Source: Sedimentisphaerales bacterium (GTDB taxonomy: Bacteria; Planctomycetota; Phycisphaerae; Sedimentisphaerales; SM23-30). Taken from it: 64,000 nucleotides of DNA. Positions within the stretch are counted from its first letter, which is position 1. Every line of letters begins with the position of its first letter. Positions 21,891 to 31,014 of this stretch are shown here, one piece after another. Under the pieces are notes generated by a model, which searched no databases, was not told the DNA's origin, and saw nothing but the letters and a program-made list of their open reading frames with translations. Made by a program: the position numbers and the translations under genes. The stretch lies in the NCBI GenBank assembly GCA_963666285.1, contig OY762711.1; one strand, given 5' to 3'.

Positions 21891-23813
21891 TTATTTCAAA
21901 AATCTAGTATTACCCGAGCGGCGTGTGACACCGATTTTGTCCATATAATCAAGTATCGGCAAGGCATATTTGCGAGTTGTATCGAGCAGATATTTCATCT
22001 TAACGCTTTCGAGCCTACCCTGCCCTTCCCCGTTGACATGATCGATAATTCTGCGTTTGGCCTCTTCAATTGCTTCACTATGGAAATAAACCTTCCGTTC
22101 AACCTCAATAATTATTTTCTGCTCGGTGAGAATAGCAATGGTTTTATCATATTCACTTTGAGATGCATTAACCATGCTGCGGATGTCATCCGGATTTGGC
22201 GGAGAGAACAGGTTGTCTTTATAGACAGCTTCAACTTTATCCAGTAAAGCCTGCTGGGCCGGGTCATACTGTTCCTGGTGAGACGTCAGGGCAAACAGTT
22301 GATTTTTCAATAGCAGTTTACCTTCACTAATAGCAAGTTTTACAACTGCATCAAAAAGCGTTTTCTCCAGATCGCTCTGCTGCAGCAGAAGATCACGCTC
22401 CATGCCCAGTCGATCAGGCATTTGTTTGTGAAAGACCTCTAGTTTGCCATAAATATACTCAAGAACATCGTTATACACCTGAGCATGAAGATATTGTTCG
22501 TTAGCAACCTGGATAACAGTATTGCTTTCGACAAACCTGGCCAGAATATTCTTTACAGAATCGGGTTCCAGCTTGGTCCGCAATGCGATCTGCCTGATTG
22601 ACAAAACAGACCATGGATCATCTTTCAGGCAATATTCGATAAAAGACCTATTCTCGCATACTGCATTTGCCCAGCATTTTATTGCATCGATTGAAGATAT
22701 CCTGCTGCGTTTTAGTTTTTTCGGCAGTGGTTCTATGACAGTACCACCACCAACGGTCTGGACCGGACCGGTAGAACGCAAGATAAACCTGTCATTGGGA
22801 CCGGCAACTATTGGCTGATCAGCTAATAGCTGTACAAATACTTCCTGACCGGCAAGAGCGACAGTGTCTTCTAAAAGATATATCTTGGCGGTTACCTCAC
22901 TGGTACCTGTGTGAAACTTCATACGTTTGCCATGTTTGACAACAAGACCATCCAAATTAAGAATCTTTAGAGAACATAAAAACCACTCAGAAGGTTCAAA
23001 ATATTCACCTTTTGTAAGTACATTACCACGCTCGATATCGTTGAAATCCAGCTGCGGCAGGTTTAAGGCGGCACACTGGCCGGAACGGACAGTATCATCA
23101 TCACGACCATAGACCTGGATAGCCTTGATACGGCTTTTTGTGCCTTTTGGCAAAAGAGTAACCTCATCGCCAACTCTGGCAGAACCACTTACAGGGATGC
23201 CGCTAATAACATTACCAAAGCCTTTAACCGAGAAGAATTTTTCAACCGGCTGGCGAAATACGCCTTCTGTGCTTTTGGGCTCAATACTCTTTATCAGGGA
23301 TTTGAGAGAATCATAAAAGAAATCAAAGCCATCGCCCGTGATATTTGACATCGGGCAGATATCTGCACCCGCCAGAAAGGTATCTTTGAGATAATCTTTG
23401 AGTTCGGATATCACCTGCTCAACTCTTTCCGGAGAGACAATATCGGTTTTGGTAAGAGCTACCATGCCATGTTTGACACCAAGCAGGGTAAGAATATTGA
23501 GATGTTCCCGCGTCTGGGGCATTATACTATCATCAGCAGCAACAACAAAGATAACACCATCAATACCGGAAGCTCCGGCTACCATGGTCTTAATAAAATT
23601 TTCATGGCCGGGAACATCCACTATACCAACTTCAAGATCGCCTAGCCGACAAGGGGCAAAGCCAAGCTCTATGCTCATACCGCGTTCTTTTTCCTGCTTG
23701 AGCCGGTCGGTTTCGCAACCGGTAAGAAGCCTGATAAGTGCAGTTTTGCCGTGGTCAATATGACCGGCAGTACCTAGCGTTATATTTATTTGAGATGCCT
23801 GTTTATCGTTCAT
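21891..23813 (-). CDS. selB: Selenocysteine-specific elongation factor
   Basis: GTAGHIDHGKT, DRLKQEKERGMSIELGF, DVPGHENF, C-terminal winged helix TTRKYALPILDYMD. Confidence 0.98.
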   Translation of the reverse strand: MNDKQASQINITLGTAGHIDHGKTALIRLLTGCETDRLKQEKERGMSIELGFAPCRLGDLEVGIVDVPGHENFIKTMVAGASGIDGVIFVVAADDSIMPQTREHLNILTLLGVKHGMVALTKTDIVSPERVEQVISELKDYLKDTFLAGADICPMSNITGDGFDFFYDSLKSLIKSIEPKSTEGVFRQPVEKFFSVKGFGNVISGIPVSGSARVGDEVTLLPKGTKSRIKAIQVYGRDDDTVRSGQCAALNLPQLDFNDIERGNVLTKGEYFEPSEWFLCSLKILNLDGLVVKHGKRMKFHTGTSEVTAKIYLLEDTVALAGQEVFVQLLADQPIVAGPNDRFILRSTGPVQTVGGGTVIEPLPKKLKRSRISSIDAIKCWANAVCENRSFIEYCLKDDPWSVLSIRQIALRTKLEPDSVKNILARFVESNTVIQVANEQYLHAQVYNDVLEYIYGKLEVFHKQMPDRLGMERDLLLQQSDLEKTLFDAVVKLAISEGKLLLKNQLFALTSHQEQYDPAQQALLDKVEAVYKDNLFSPPNPDDIRSMVNASQSEYDKTIAILTEQKIIIEVERKVYFHSEAIEEAKRRIIDHVNGEGQGRLESVKMKYLLDTTRKYALPILDYMDKIGVTRRSGNTRFLK

Positions 23814-23823
23814 TCTTATTGTT

Positions 23824-25224
23824 TTAACCCAAAATTTCAGTTAAAGCTTCAACTACTATCTTTGCATCCCCCTCCAGCAAAGACCTGGGATCCAGCAGTA
23901 TTTTATCTTCCTGGATACGGGTAAATATCGGAGTACTATAATGCCTGAGTCTGTTTGCAATTATAACACTACTAATCTTATTACTAAATATTGTCACTAA
24001 CCTGGTTTTGAGGTTCTGAGTCGGAAGAGAGCCGCTACCTGTTTGAGAAAATCCATCGACGCTCTCAATTTCAGCATCTAACTTTGCCTTACGCAGTTTT
24101 GATGCAATTTTTGCCGCTTCGCTTTTGATAGAATCGTACGACCGCAGCATCATCCGCAAGGTTGGAACCTGCTGTAGTGCCTTTTCTTCATTCATAAACA
24201 ACCTCAAAGTTGCTTCCAGGGCAGCAAGAGTCATTTTATCTACTCTAACTATGCGGGCAAACTGGTTCTTTTTGACCTTTTTAACCAGATCAGCCCTGCC
24301 GAGAATAATCCCGGCCTGGGAAGCACCGATAAGCTTGTCACCACTGGAACAGAGAATATCGGCACCATCGGCAATAGATTCGGCAAGAGTTGGCTCTTTG
24401 GCAAAACCATATTTTGAGAAATCAACCAGCGAACCTGCACCAACATCATCAAAAGCAATAAGGCCATTGGCATGAGCCAGATCAACAATCGGTTTAAGCG
24501 GTACTTCACTGCTGAATCCCTGGATTTTGTAATTGCTCGGATGAACTCGCAGAATAGCGGCGGTTTCTTCTGAAATAGCATTTTCATAATCACGCAAATG
24601 GGTTTTATTGGTAGTACCAACTTCGACCAGTTTTGCCCCGCTGAACGCCATTACATCCGGCAATCTGAAAGAACCGCCAATTTCGACAAGCTGACCGCGT
24701 GAAACTATAACCTCTTTGCCCTCGGCGATGGTATTTAATACCAGTGCAGTTGCTGCGGCATTGTTATTTACAATCGTAGCCGCTTCGGCACCGGTAAGAA
24801 TAGAAAACATCTTTTCTATATGGTTGTCGCGACTACTGCGTTTTCCATCTTCGATACCAAGCTGCAGCAGTGAATAGCCGCTGAGTTCGCTTTTTATCTG
24901 ATCTACAGCCGCGTCAGGCAATACCGCCCTGCCAAGCCCGGTATGAAGTACTATCCCGGCAGCATTAATAACCTTGCGATAGAAAGGACTTACCAGTGAA
25001 CCAAGTTCAGATTGAATATCGCCTACAACAGCATCTCTAATATCAAGCACATCCTTTGAGCAGCTGCCGGCTAATATCTCCTTGCGTTTTTCTTCAATAA
25101 CAGAACGACAAACCTTCGTTAATATTGCCTGAGAAAACGATTCCTTGTAAGAATCCGGCAATAGCTGACAGACAGAATCCACCGAAGGTATCTGCCTTAA
25201 CATTTCCTGCTGAGAAGCATCCAT
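23824..25224 (-). CDS. selA: L-seryl-tRNA(Sec) selenium transferase
   Basis: VINAAGIVLHTGLGRA, VSRGQLVEIGGSFRLP, VEVGTTNKT, SGDKL PLP lysine. Confidence 0.98.
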   Translation of the reverse strand: MDASQQEMLRQIPSVDSVCQLLPDSYKESFSQAILTKVCRSVIEEKRKEILAGSCSKDVLDIRDAVVGDIQSELGSLVSPFYRKVINAAGIVLHTGLGRAVLPDAAVDQIKSELSGYSLLQLGIEDGKRSSRDNHIEKMFSILTGAEAATIVNNNAAATALVLNTIAEGKEVIVSRGQLVEIGGSFRLPDVMAFSGAKLVEVGTTNKTHLRDYENAISEETAAILRVHPSNYKIQGFSSEVPLKPIVDLAHANGLIAFDDVGAGSLVDFSKYGFAKEPTLAESIADGADILCSSGDKLIGASQAGIILGRADLVKKVKKNQFARIVRVDKMTLAALEATLRLFMNEEKALQQVPTLRMMLRSYDSIKSEAAKIASKLRKAKLDAEIESVDGFSQTGSGSLPTQNLKTRLVTIFSNKISSVIIANRLRHYSTPIFTRIQEDKILLDPRSLLEGDAKIVVEALTEILG

Positions 25225-25248
25225 ATAAGTATCTTTCTAAAAAACGGG

Positions 25249-25785
25249 TTATTTGATTTCAACCCATTCTTCTTTCTTTTCAACTTTGAACGGGCCTAGA
25301 TCAGCATCTAAAACAACTTTTACTTTGCCGCTGAAATTATTAGGAGCTCGCCACGAACTCCGGCATGTGCCGCCTCAGCCAAAGGTAAAATCGCCAGAAC
25401 CGAGCAGTTTTTCCTGTTCATCATAAATCTTATATGATGGAGCATTCTGCATACTACCATTTCTTTCTGCTGCAGGTAAATAGGTTTCGCCGGCATTTCC
25501 CTCTAAAACAGCCCCCAGGTATAAAGTTCGACCGCTGACGGTAACATCTGCCCTGGCAACCAGCGGCTCACCAGGTTTTGAATCATTTTTCCAAGGGGAA
25601 GTTGATATTGAAAGCTCCCATATATTGCCCTGATCATCTTTTACAGATAGCCCAGAGTCTGAGATAACTTTAGCTGACGGATTCATAAACATAAAAAAGA
25701 GGAAAAGACCAATAATTACAAAACCAACAATAAAAATGCCTTTAGGCCCGGATTTATTCATTTCTTCAAAACTTTTTTCTGTCAT
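25249..25785 (-). CDS. Predicted selenoprotein A (178 aa, U137), single TM plus GUGGxC domain
   Basis: ORF-track stop TGA 25375-25377 reads through as FTFG-U-GGTCRSSWRAP... to TAA 25249-25251, just upstream of selA; hairpin loop at +22. Confidence 0.85.
25343..25361 (-). promoter_or_regulatory. Putative bacterial SECIS upper hairpin
   Basis: GGAGTTCG-TGG-CGAGCTCC, loop starts 22 nt after the UGA. Confidence 0.8.
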
Positions 25786-26052
25786 AGAACTCTCCAGTGT
25801 TAATTTGACGCAAAACAATACTAAATATCAAAACGACAAGGCTATACTATAACTAATAAATGCACTAATTTGTATCAAAAACCTTGAAAAATGATTTCAT
25901 CTGTTATAAATCTGCTTATATTCTCATAAGAAAAGTAGTAATATAAATTTAATTAGTCAAACCACACAACCAAACTACCATAACATCCTATATTAACAAA
26001 GGTTACAGTTTAACAACCTTTTAAGTGCCTTTGTTTTATATACCGAAATATC

Positions 26053-26081
26053 TTGCAATTATTTTGGGATTATGGCATGAT
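26053..26081 (+). promoter_or_regulatory. Candidate sigma70 promoter for the ABC-selD-selC operon
   Basis: TTGCAA-17 nt-CATGAT with an extended -10 TG. Confidence 0.4.
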
Positions 26082-26133
26082 ATATGAAGTTATTGTCTCG
26101 GCATATTAGAAATTGCTTTTTACAGGAAATTGA

Positions 26134-26271
26134 ATGAACAGCTATCAATATATACGATTAATGCACTCCGGAAAACAGGAGTATGGCTGAGTTGTTTCCT
26201 GTCGATACTCGTGTCGAGTGTCAGAAAGCAATTCTATCTTTAAATGTTTCATACAGCTTCATTTTATTTAA
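26134..26271 (+). CDS. Candidate Sec-codon leader peptide (45 aa, U19)
   Basis: AGGA then ATG 26134; MNSYQYIRLMHSGKQEYG-U-VVSCRYSCRVS...*; TGA 26188-26190; GATACTCG-TGT-CGAGTGTC hairpin with loop at +22. Confidence 0.6.
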
Positions 26272-26325
26272 TAGAATCGTTAATGACACCAATAATATTG
26301 GTCAAAACCAAATAAAGAGCATATC

Positions 26326-26354
26326 GGCAGACTGGAATTTATCGTCTGCCTTTT
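26326..26354 (+). terminator. Intrinsic-terminator-like hairpin in the operon leader
   Basis: GGCAGAC-11 nt-GTCTGCC followed by TTTT, about 35 nt before the SBP start codon. Confidence 0.55.
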
Positions 26355-26389
26355 CTATTTTAAATGGGAACATTGCCGAAAGGGAAAAT

Positions 26390-27520
26390 ATGAAAAATCT
26401 TCTACTTGCACTAATCGTTATAACAGCAGCGATAACCGGCTGCGAAAAAAAGGAAACCACATCCAGCGATAATACCACAAATCAAACACCATCAAAAGCA
26501 GTAACATTAAAAGTTGGGCATGTCGGCCACGACCACCACCTGGCATTGTATATGGCATGTGATTACGCTGATGAACTAAGTATAAATGGCGTCAGACTGG
26601 AGAAAGTTGAGGACATGAAATATTATACACTCTATAAAAACGAGACCAAACTTGCAGACGTGGAAATTGTAAAAGTTGGCGGCGGAGCCAAGATGCCTAC
26701 CGCACTGGCACAGGATGTCATAGATATTGGATTTGGCGGAGTTGCACCGGTTATTGCAGCAGTTGATAAAAACGCACCTGTAAAATTAATCAGCCCACTA
26801 CACTCCAAGGGTGATATGTTTGTGATGAAAACCGACTCCGAGGTAAACAATTGGGACGATTTTATTAAAATGGCAAAAGAAACCAAAACACCTATCAGAA
26901 TAGGATACAAAAGTCCATCAGCAGTCGCCAAGTTAATCTTTGAAGATGCTCTAAGTAATGCAGGGATCTCTTTTGGACAGGACCCTGCCCAGACCGATAT
27001 TAATGTGTTAATGGTTAATACCAAAGGCGGCGGCAAACTGAATGTTGCCCTGGAAAGCAATATTATTGATGGTTATGCAGGAAATAACCCATTCCCTGCT
27101 ATTGCCGTTAATAAGAAAATGGGAAAAGTAATTGCCGACCTGGAAGACCTTCCGCCTGGAAACTTCAAGAACCATCCATGCTGCTGCATTGCAGCTAACG
27201 ATAAGGCCCTGGCGGAAAAAACTGAAGCTATCGAGGCAATGCTGACACTATTCAAAAAGGCAACCGATTTAATCAACAACGACCTGAATAAATCAGTTGC
27301 AGCTGCGACGCACTGGATTGGTACATCTGAAGAAGTCGAAAAGATGAGTATTCCGACCAGCGGATACAGTATGCAGGTCACTGAGGATTGGCAGGCGACC
27401 ATGGATAAATGGTTCGAGGCTATGAAGGCTCTTGACACCTATCAAGGTGAACTAAAGGACATACCTGCTAAACAGGCCTGTGATAAAGTATACGATATGT
27501 CAATTTTGAAAAAGATATAA
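26390..27520 (+). CDS. ABC transporter substrate-binding lipoprotein (SsuA/TauA/NMT1-like)
   Basis: Lipobox ITGC; GHVGHDHHLAL and HPCCC motifs; upstream of permease and ATPase. Confidence 0.88.
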   Translation: MKNLLLALIVITAAITGCEKKETTSSDNTTNQTPSKAVTLKVGHVGHDHHLALYMACDYADELSINGVRLEKVEDMKYYTLYKNETKLADVEIVKVGGGAKMPTALAQDVIDIGFGGVAPVIAAVDKNAPVKLISPLHSKGDMFVMKTDSEVNNWDDFIKMAKETKTPIRIGYKSPSAVAKLIFEDALSNAGISFGQDPAQTDINVLMVNTKGGGKLNVALESNIIDGYAGNNPFPAIAVNKKMGKVIADLEDLPPGNFKNHPCCCIAANDKALAEKTEAIEAMLTLFKKATDLINNDLNKSVAAATHWIGTSEEVEKMSIPTSGYSMQVTEDWQATMDKWFEAMKALDTYQGELKDIPAKQACDKVYDMSILKKI

Positions 27521-27533
27521 ACAGCTATAAATA

Positions 27534-28373
27534 ATGAACAATCCAAAGATAAGAAAATCAAATATCATCGGCTGGCTGATTATGCCAATAGTGCTGCTGG
27601 GAATATGGCAATTACTAGCGGTTAAACTTAACCAGCCATGGCTGATACCTGCACCGGTAAAGATAATAGAACAGTTGACCCACCCACTGCGAATTCATTT
27701 TTCGTCCGGGTCACTTTTTAGCAATACAATTATCAGCCTTCTGAGAGTATTTATCGGTTTTGCGCTAGCAGCTATTATCGGAGTTTCAGCAGGATTACTG
27801 CTGGGTTCGATCCGGCCGCTTAGACAATGGTTTGAACCAACAATAGAGATTATCAGGCCGTTATGCCCAATTGCCTGGCTGCCGTTTGCGATTGCGGTAT
27901 TCAAACTGAACACTCTGCCTAATCTTTTTGGTATCAGGTTTACTCATACCATACTGGACCAGGTACAGCTGGGTATGATATTTGTAATTTTTATCGGCGG
28001 ATTCTTTCCGATCTTCACTAACACTATGGATGGAGTAATAGGAGTGAGAAAGAATTTTGTCAGGCTGGCCCAGACACTTGGCGCAACCAGAGTCCAGGTA
28101 TTCCTGCAAATATATCTACCTTCTGCTATGCCTCAAATTCTTACCGGATTGCGACAGGGACTCGGCTTGTGCTGGTTTGTTATTATTGCAGCCGAAATGA
28201 TGGTTGGCTCTGATACAGGCATAGGCTATTTACTGATGTATGCCGCAGATAACTCGGCAATGGATATCGTGATATCATGCATGATTATCATAGGTGTGAT
28301 CGGCGCTGTAATGAGTACTGCTATGCGTATACTGATACACAAAAAGGTTGCATGGAAAGGAAAAGAGTTTTAA
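27534..28373 (+). CDS. ABC permease (SsuC/TauC-like)
   Basis: SLLRVFIGF, RPLCPIAW, EAA-like loop AQTLGA, IIAAEM. Confidence 0.92.
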   Translation: MNNPKIRKSNIIGWLIMPIVLLGIWQLLAVKLNQPWLIPAPVKIIEQLTHPLRIHFSSGSLFSNTIISLLRVFIGFALAAIIGVSAGLLLGSIRPLRQWFEPTIEIIRPLCPIAWLPFAIAVFKLNTLPNLFGIRFTHTILDQVQLGMIFVIFIGGFFPIFTNTMDGVIGVRKNFVRLAQTLGATRVQVFLQIYLPSAMPQILTGLRQGLGLCWFVIIAAEMMVGSDTGIGYLLMYAADNSAMDIVISCMIIIGVIGAVMSTAMRILIHKKVAWKGKEF

Positions 28374-29149
28374 TGCAAACAGAACTACAACATCCTAATA
28401 CATGCACAAGTGTTATACCTCTAATCAGTTTTACAGGTATCAGTAAAGCATTCACCTCCGATTCCGGCCGAATAGTACAGGCTTTGACAGATGTATCATT
28501 TTCGGTGCGACCTGGTGAATTTATTACAATTGTTGGTGCAACCGGTTCCGGTAAAACCACTTTACTGAACCTGATAGCCCGTCTGGAACATTCAGATGCA
28601 GGAATAATAGAATACAACAACTCACTGGATATAAAAAATGAAATATCTTATGTATTCCAGCATTATACCCTGCTGCCCTGGTTAAACATTCAGAAAAACA
28701 TCTCTTTGGGACTGAAGCTGCGTAAAATACCTCAAAAACAACGAATTAAAACCGCATGCAGGTTAATGAAAGATACCGGGCTAAAAGGTTTTGAGCGGGC
28801 GTACCCACATGAGCTTTCCGGTGGAATGAGACAGCGTGCCGCAATTGCCCAGGCCCTGGCAACAGAACCAAAACTACTGCTTATGGACGAACCATTCGGG
28901 TCACTTGATGATGGCACACGAAGCGACTTACAGCAGATGTTAATAAATATCCACCAGCAAAGCAAAACTACTATTCTATTTGTTACTCATAACATTGACG
29001 AAGCAATATTGCTGGCTGACAGGATAATTGTTTTAAGCAAATCGCCTGGAAATATATTAGAAGATATTGAAATTAACCTGGCAAAACCAAGAAACAGAAA
29101 CAATAACGATTTTACTAAACTTTTTTTGCAGATACGGAATTTATTATGA
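28373..29149 (+). CDS. ABC ATP-binding protein (SsuB/TauB-like)
   Basis: GATGSGKT, LSGGMRQR, LLMDEPF, FVTHNIDEA; start overlaps the permease stop. Confidence 0.93.
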   Translation: MQTELQHPNTCTSVIPLISFTGISKAFTSDSGRIVQALTDVSFSVRPGEFITIVGATGSGKTTLLNLIARLEHSDAGIIEYNNSLDIKNEISYVFQHYTLLPWLNIQKNISLGLKLRKIPQKQRIKTACRLMKDTGLKGFERAYPHELSGGMRQRAAIAQALATEPKLLLMDEPFGSLDDGTRSDLQQMLINIHQQSKTTILFVTHNIDEAILLADRIIVLSKSPGNILEDIEINLAKPRNRNNNDFTKLFLQIRNLL

Positions 29150-30777
29150 CAATTAATAAAGAAAGACGTAAACGCGTAATGCAGCGTTCTATCAAACTGG
29201 GACATTGTGTATGCGACCCTAAACAACCCTGTCCTTGTGAGATATTCAAGGAAAAAAACATATGCTTATGTGCAGGTGAGAGACTGGAGGAACCAACTGG
29301 AGAAGTTCGCTTAACCCAAATGGTGGAAAAGGCAGGATGCGGCTCCAAAATTGACCAGGCTTTCCTCAAGGAAGTGCTTGGCGATTTGAAAATGCCGGAA
29401 GACACTAACGTTCTAGTTGGCGTACCTGCCGGTGATGATGCCGGGGTATACGATATGGGCAATGGAACCTGCCTGGTTCAAACAGTTGATGTATTTACCC
29501 CAACTGTTGATGATCCATATATGTTCGGCCAGATTGCAGCAGCAAATTCTGTTAGTGATGTATATGCTATGGGCGGCATACCCAAAACCGCCCTTTCGAT
29601 AATCGGCTTTCCGGTACGCAAAGTCCCTGATAGAGTAATGAAAGAGATCATCCGAGGTGGAATTGATAAAATGGCAGAAGCCGGTGTGTCTATTATTGGC
29701 GGACATAGTATCAACGACCCGGAAATAAAAGCAGGCTATGCAGTAACTGGAACAATAGATAAAGAAAAAGTAATTACTAATGATGGCATAAAGGTTGACG
29801 ATGTATTCATCCTTACTAAAGCATTAGGGACAGGAATAATCTCATTTGCATCTCAAATAGGACGAGCGTCTAAAAGTGCAATGGAAGCTGCCGCAAAGTC
29901 AATGGCAACCCTGAATAAAACAGCATGCGAGTTAATGGTGAAATACAATGCCCATGCCGCCAGTGATGTTACCGGCTTTAGCTTGATAGGCCATTTATCA
30001 GAAATGACAAGACGTAGCGGGGTAGATGTCGAGATAACCTGGGATAAGCTGCCCTGGCTGCCGGAGGCACTTGATTATGCCGCTCAAGGAATATATCCCG
30101 GGGCAATCGAACGAAACAAGGAATCATGTGGTCATACCATTATTGTCGATGATAATGTGAGCGAAGCAATGGCTGATATCTGTTTTGACGCTCAGACTTC
30201 CGGCGGCATGCTAATTGCAGCAGCACCAGATAAAGCTGAAAAACTATTAGGTGAACTGAAAGCATCTGGACTGGAATATGCTGCCATCATTGGTAGGACC
30301 ATTTCAAGAGGCTCAGGAAAAATTAACATTGTAACGGACCGGACAAAATCATTTACAGCTTCTAATGCCGCTCAAAACATACAGGAAACTTCAGAACCTG
30401 ACCCGGAGCCATGTTGCGGGACAGGAGCAGCATCTGCAATAAAAGCACAAACAGCTAATGCAGAAAGCTGTTGTTGCGGTCCAGAACCGGATGGGCAAGA
30501 TAACAATAATGAACCAATCAAAGCTATCGAAACCAGTTTTTCCAGCTTTATGAGTAAGGTAAACAGACCCGGCGGACTTGACGCATTCACCAAGCAAGCG
30601 GTGAACCTGGCATTGTCTATCCATTCGAAATGTAAACCTTGTCTCAAAACACATATTGCAAAAGCACGTAAAATGGGCTATACTGAATCTGAGATTGACG
30701 AAGCAGCATGGATGGCAATCGCTTTTGGCGGTTCACCGGCCATGATGTTTTATAAAGAAGTGAAAGCAGAGGTATAA
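29146..30777 (+). CDS. selD: Selenophosphate synthetase with N-terminal Cys-rich extension and C-terminal AhpD/CMD-like domain
   Basis: AGCGSKI, GDDAGVY, QTVDVFTP, AAANSVSDVYAMGG, GGHS, DVTGFSL, DAQTSGG; C-terminal CKPC...EIDEA. Confidence 0.95.
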   Translation: MTINKERRKRVMQRSIKLGHCVCDPKQPCPCEIFKEKNICLCAGERLEEPTGEVRLTQMVEKAGCGSKIDQAFLKEVLGDLKMPEDTNVLVGVPAGDDAGVYDMGNGTCLVQTVDVFTPTVDDPYMFGQIAAANSVSDVYAMGGIPKTALSIIGFPVRKVPDRVMKEIIRGGIDKMAEAGVSIIGGHSINDPEIKAGYAVTGTIDKEKVITNDGIKVDDVFILTKALGTGIISFASQIGRASKSAMEAAAKSMATLNKTACELMVKYNAHAASDVTGFSLIGHLSEMTRRSGVDVEITWDKLPWLPEALDYAAQGIYPGAIERNKESCGHTIIVDDNVSEAMADICFDAQTSGGMLIAAAPDKAEKLLGELKASGLEYAAIIGRTISRGSGKINIVTDRTKSFTASNAAQNIQETSEPDPEPCCGTGAASAIKAQTANAESCCCGPEPDGQDNNNEPIKAIETSFSSFMSKVNRPGGLDAFTKQAVNLALSIHSKCKPCLKTHIAKARKMGYTESEIDEAAWMAIAFGGSPAMMFYKEVKAEV

Positions 30778-30793
30778 CATCTCCTGCTTAGCT

Positions 30794-30890
30794 GGAGGTG
30801 ACAGGTAACTGGTGTTGCTCCTGGTCTTCAAAACCAGTGTGGGGCGGTAAGCCCGTCCCGGGTGGGTTCGATTCCCATTCGCCTCCGCCA
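30794..30890 (+). tRNA. selC: tRNA-Sec (anticodon UCA)
   Basis: 8-bp acceptor stem GGAGGTGA/TCGCCTCC, anticodon arm CTGGT-CTTCAAA-ACCAG, long variable arm, GGTTCGATTCC, 3' GCCA. Confidence 0.97.
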
Positions 30891-31014
30891 TTTTAGACTC
30901 TCCTACCTGAATATTAGCACATTTAATAGCACATTACTCTTTTATCCTACCTACCATTCTGATATAATATTTCTATCTGAATTTTAAATTATTCATCATT
31001 TATCAGGCTTAATA

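Noticed and set aside
26183..26389. N-terminal 69 codons of the ORF-track SBP
   Set aside because: The lipoprotein signal starts at ATG 26390; the upstream region is better explained as leader with uORF and terminator
29332..29352. Sec in the SelD active site
   Set aside because: The codon is TGC (GCGSK), so this is the Cys form
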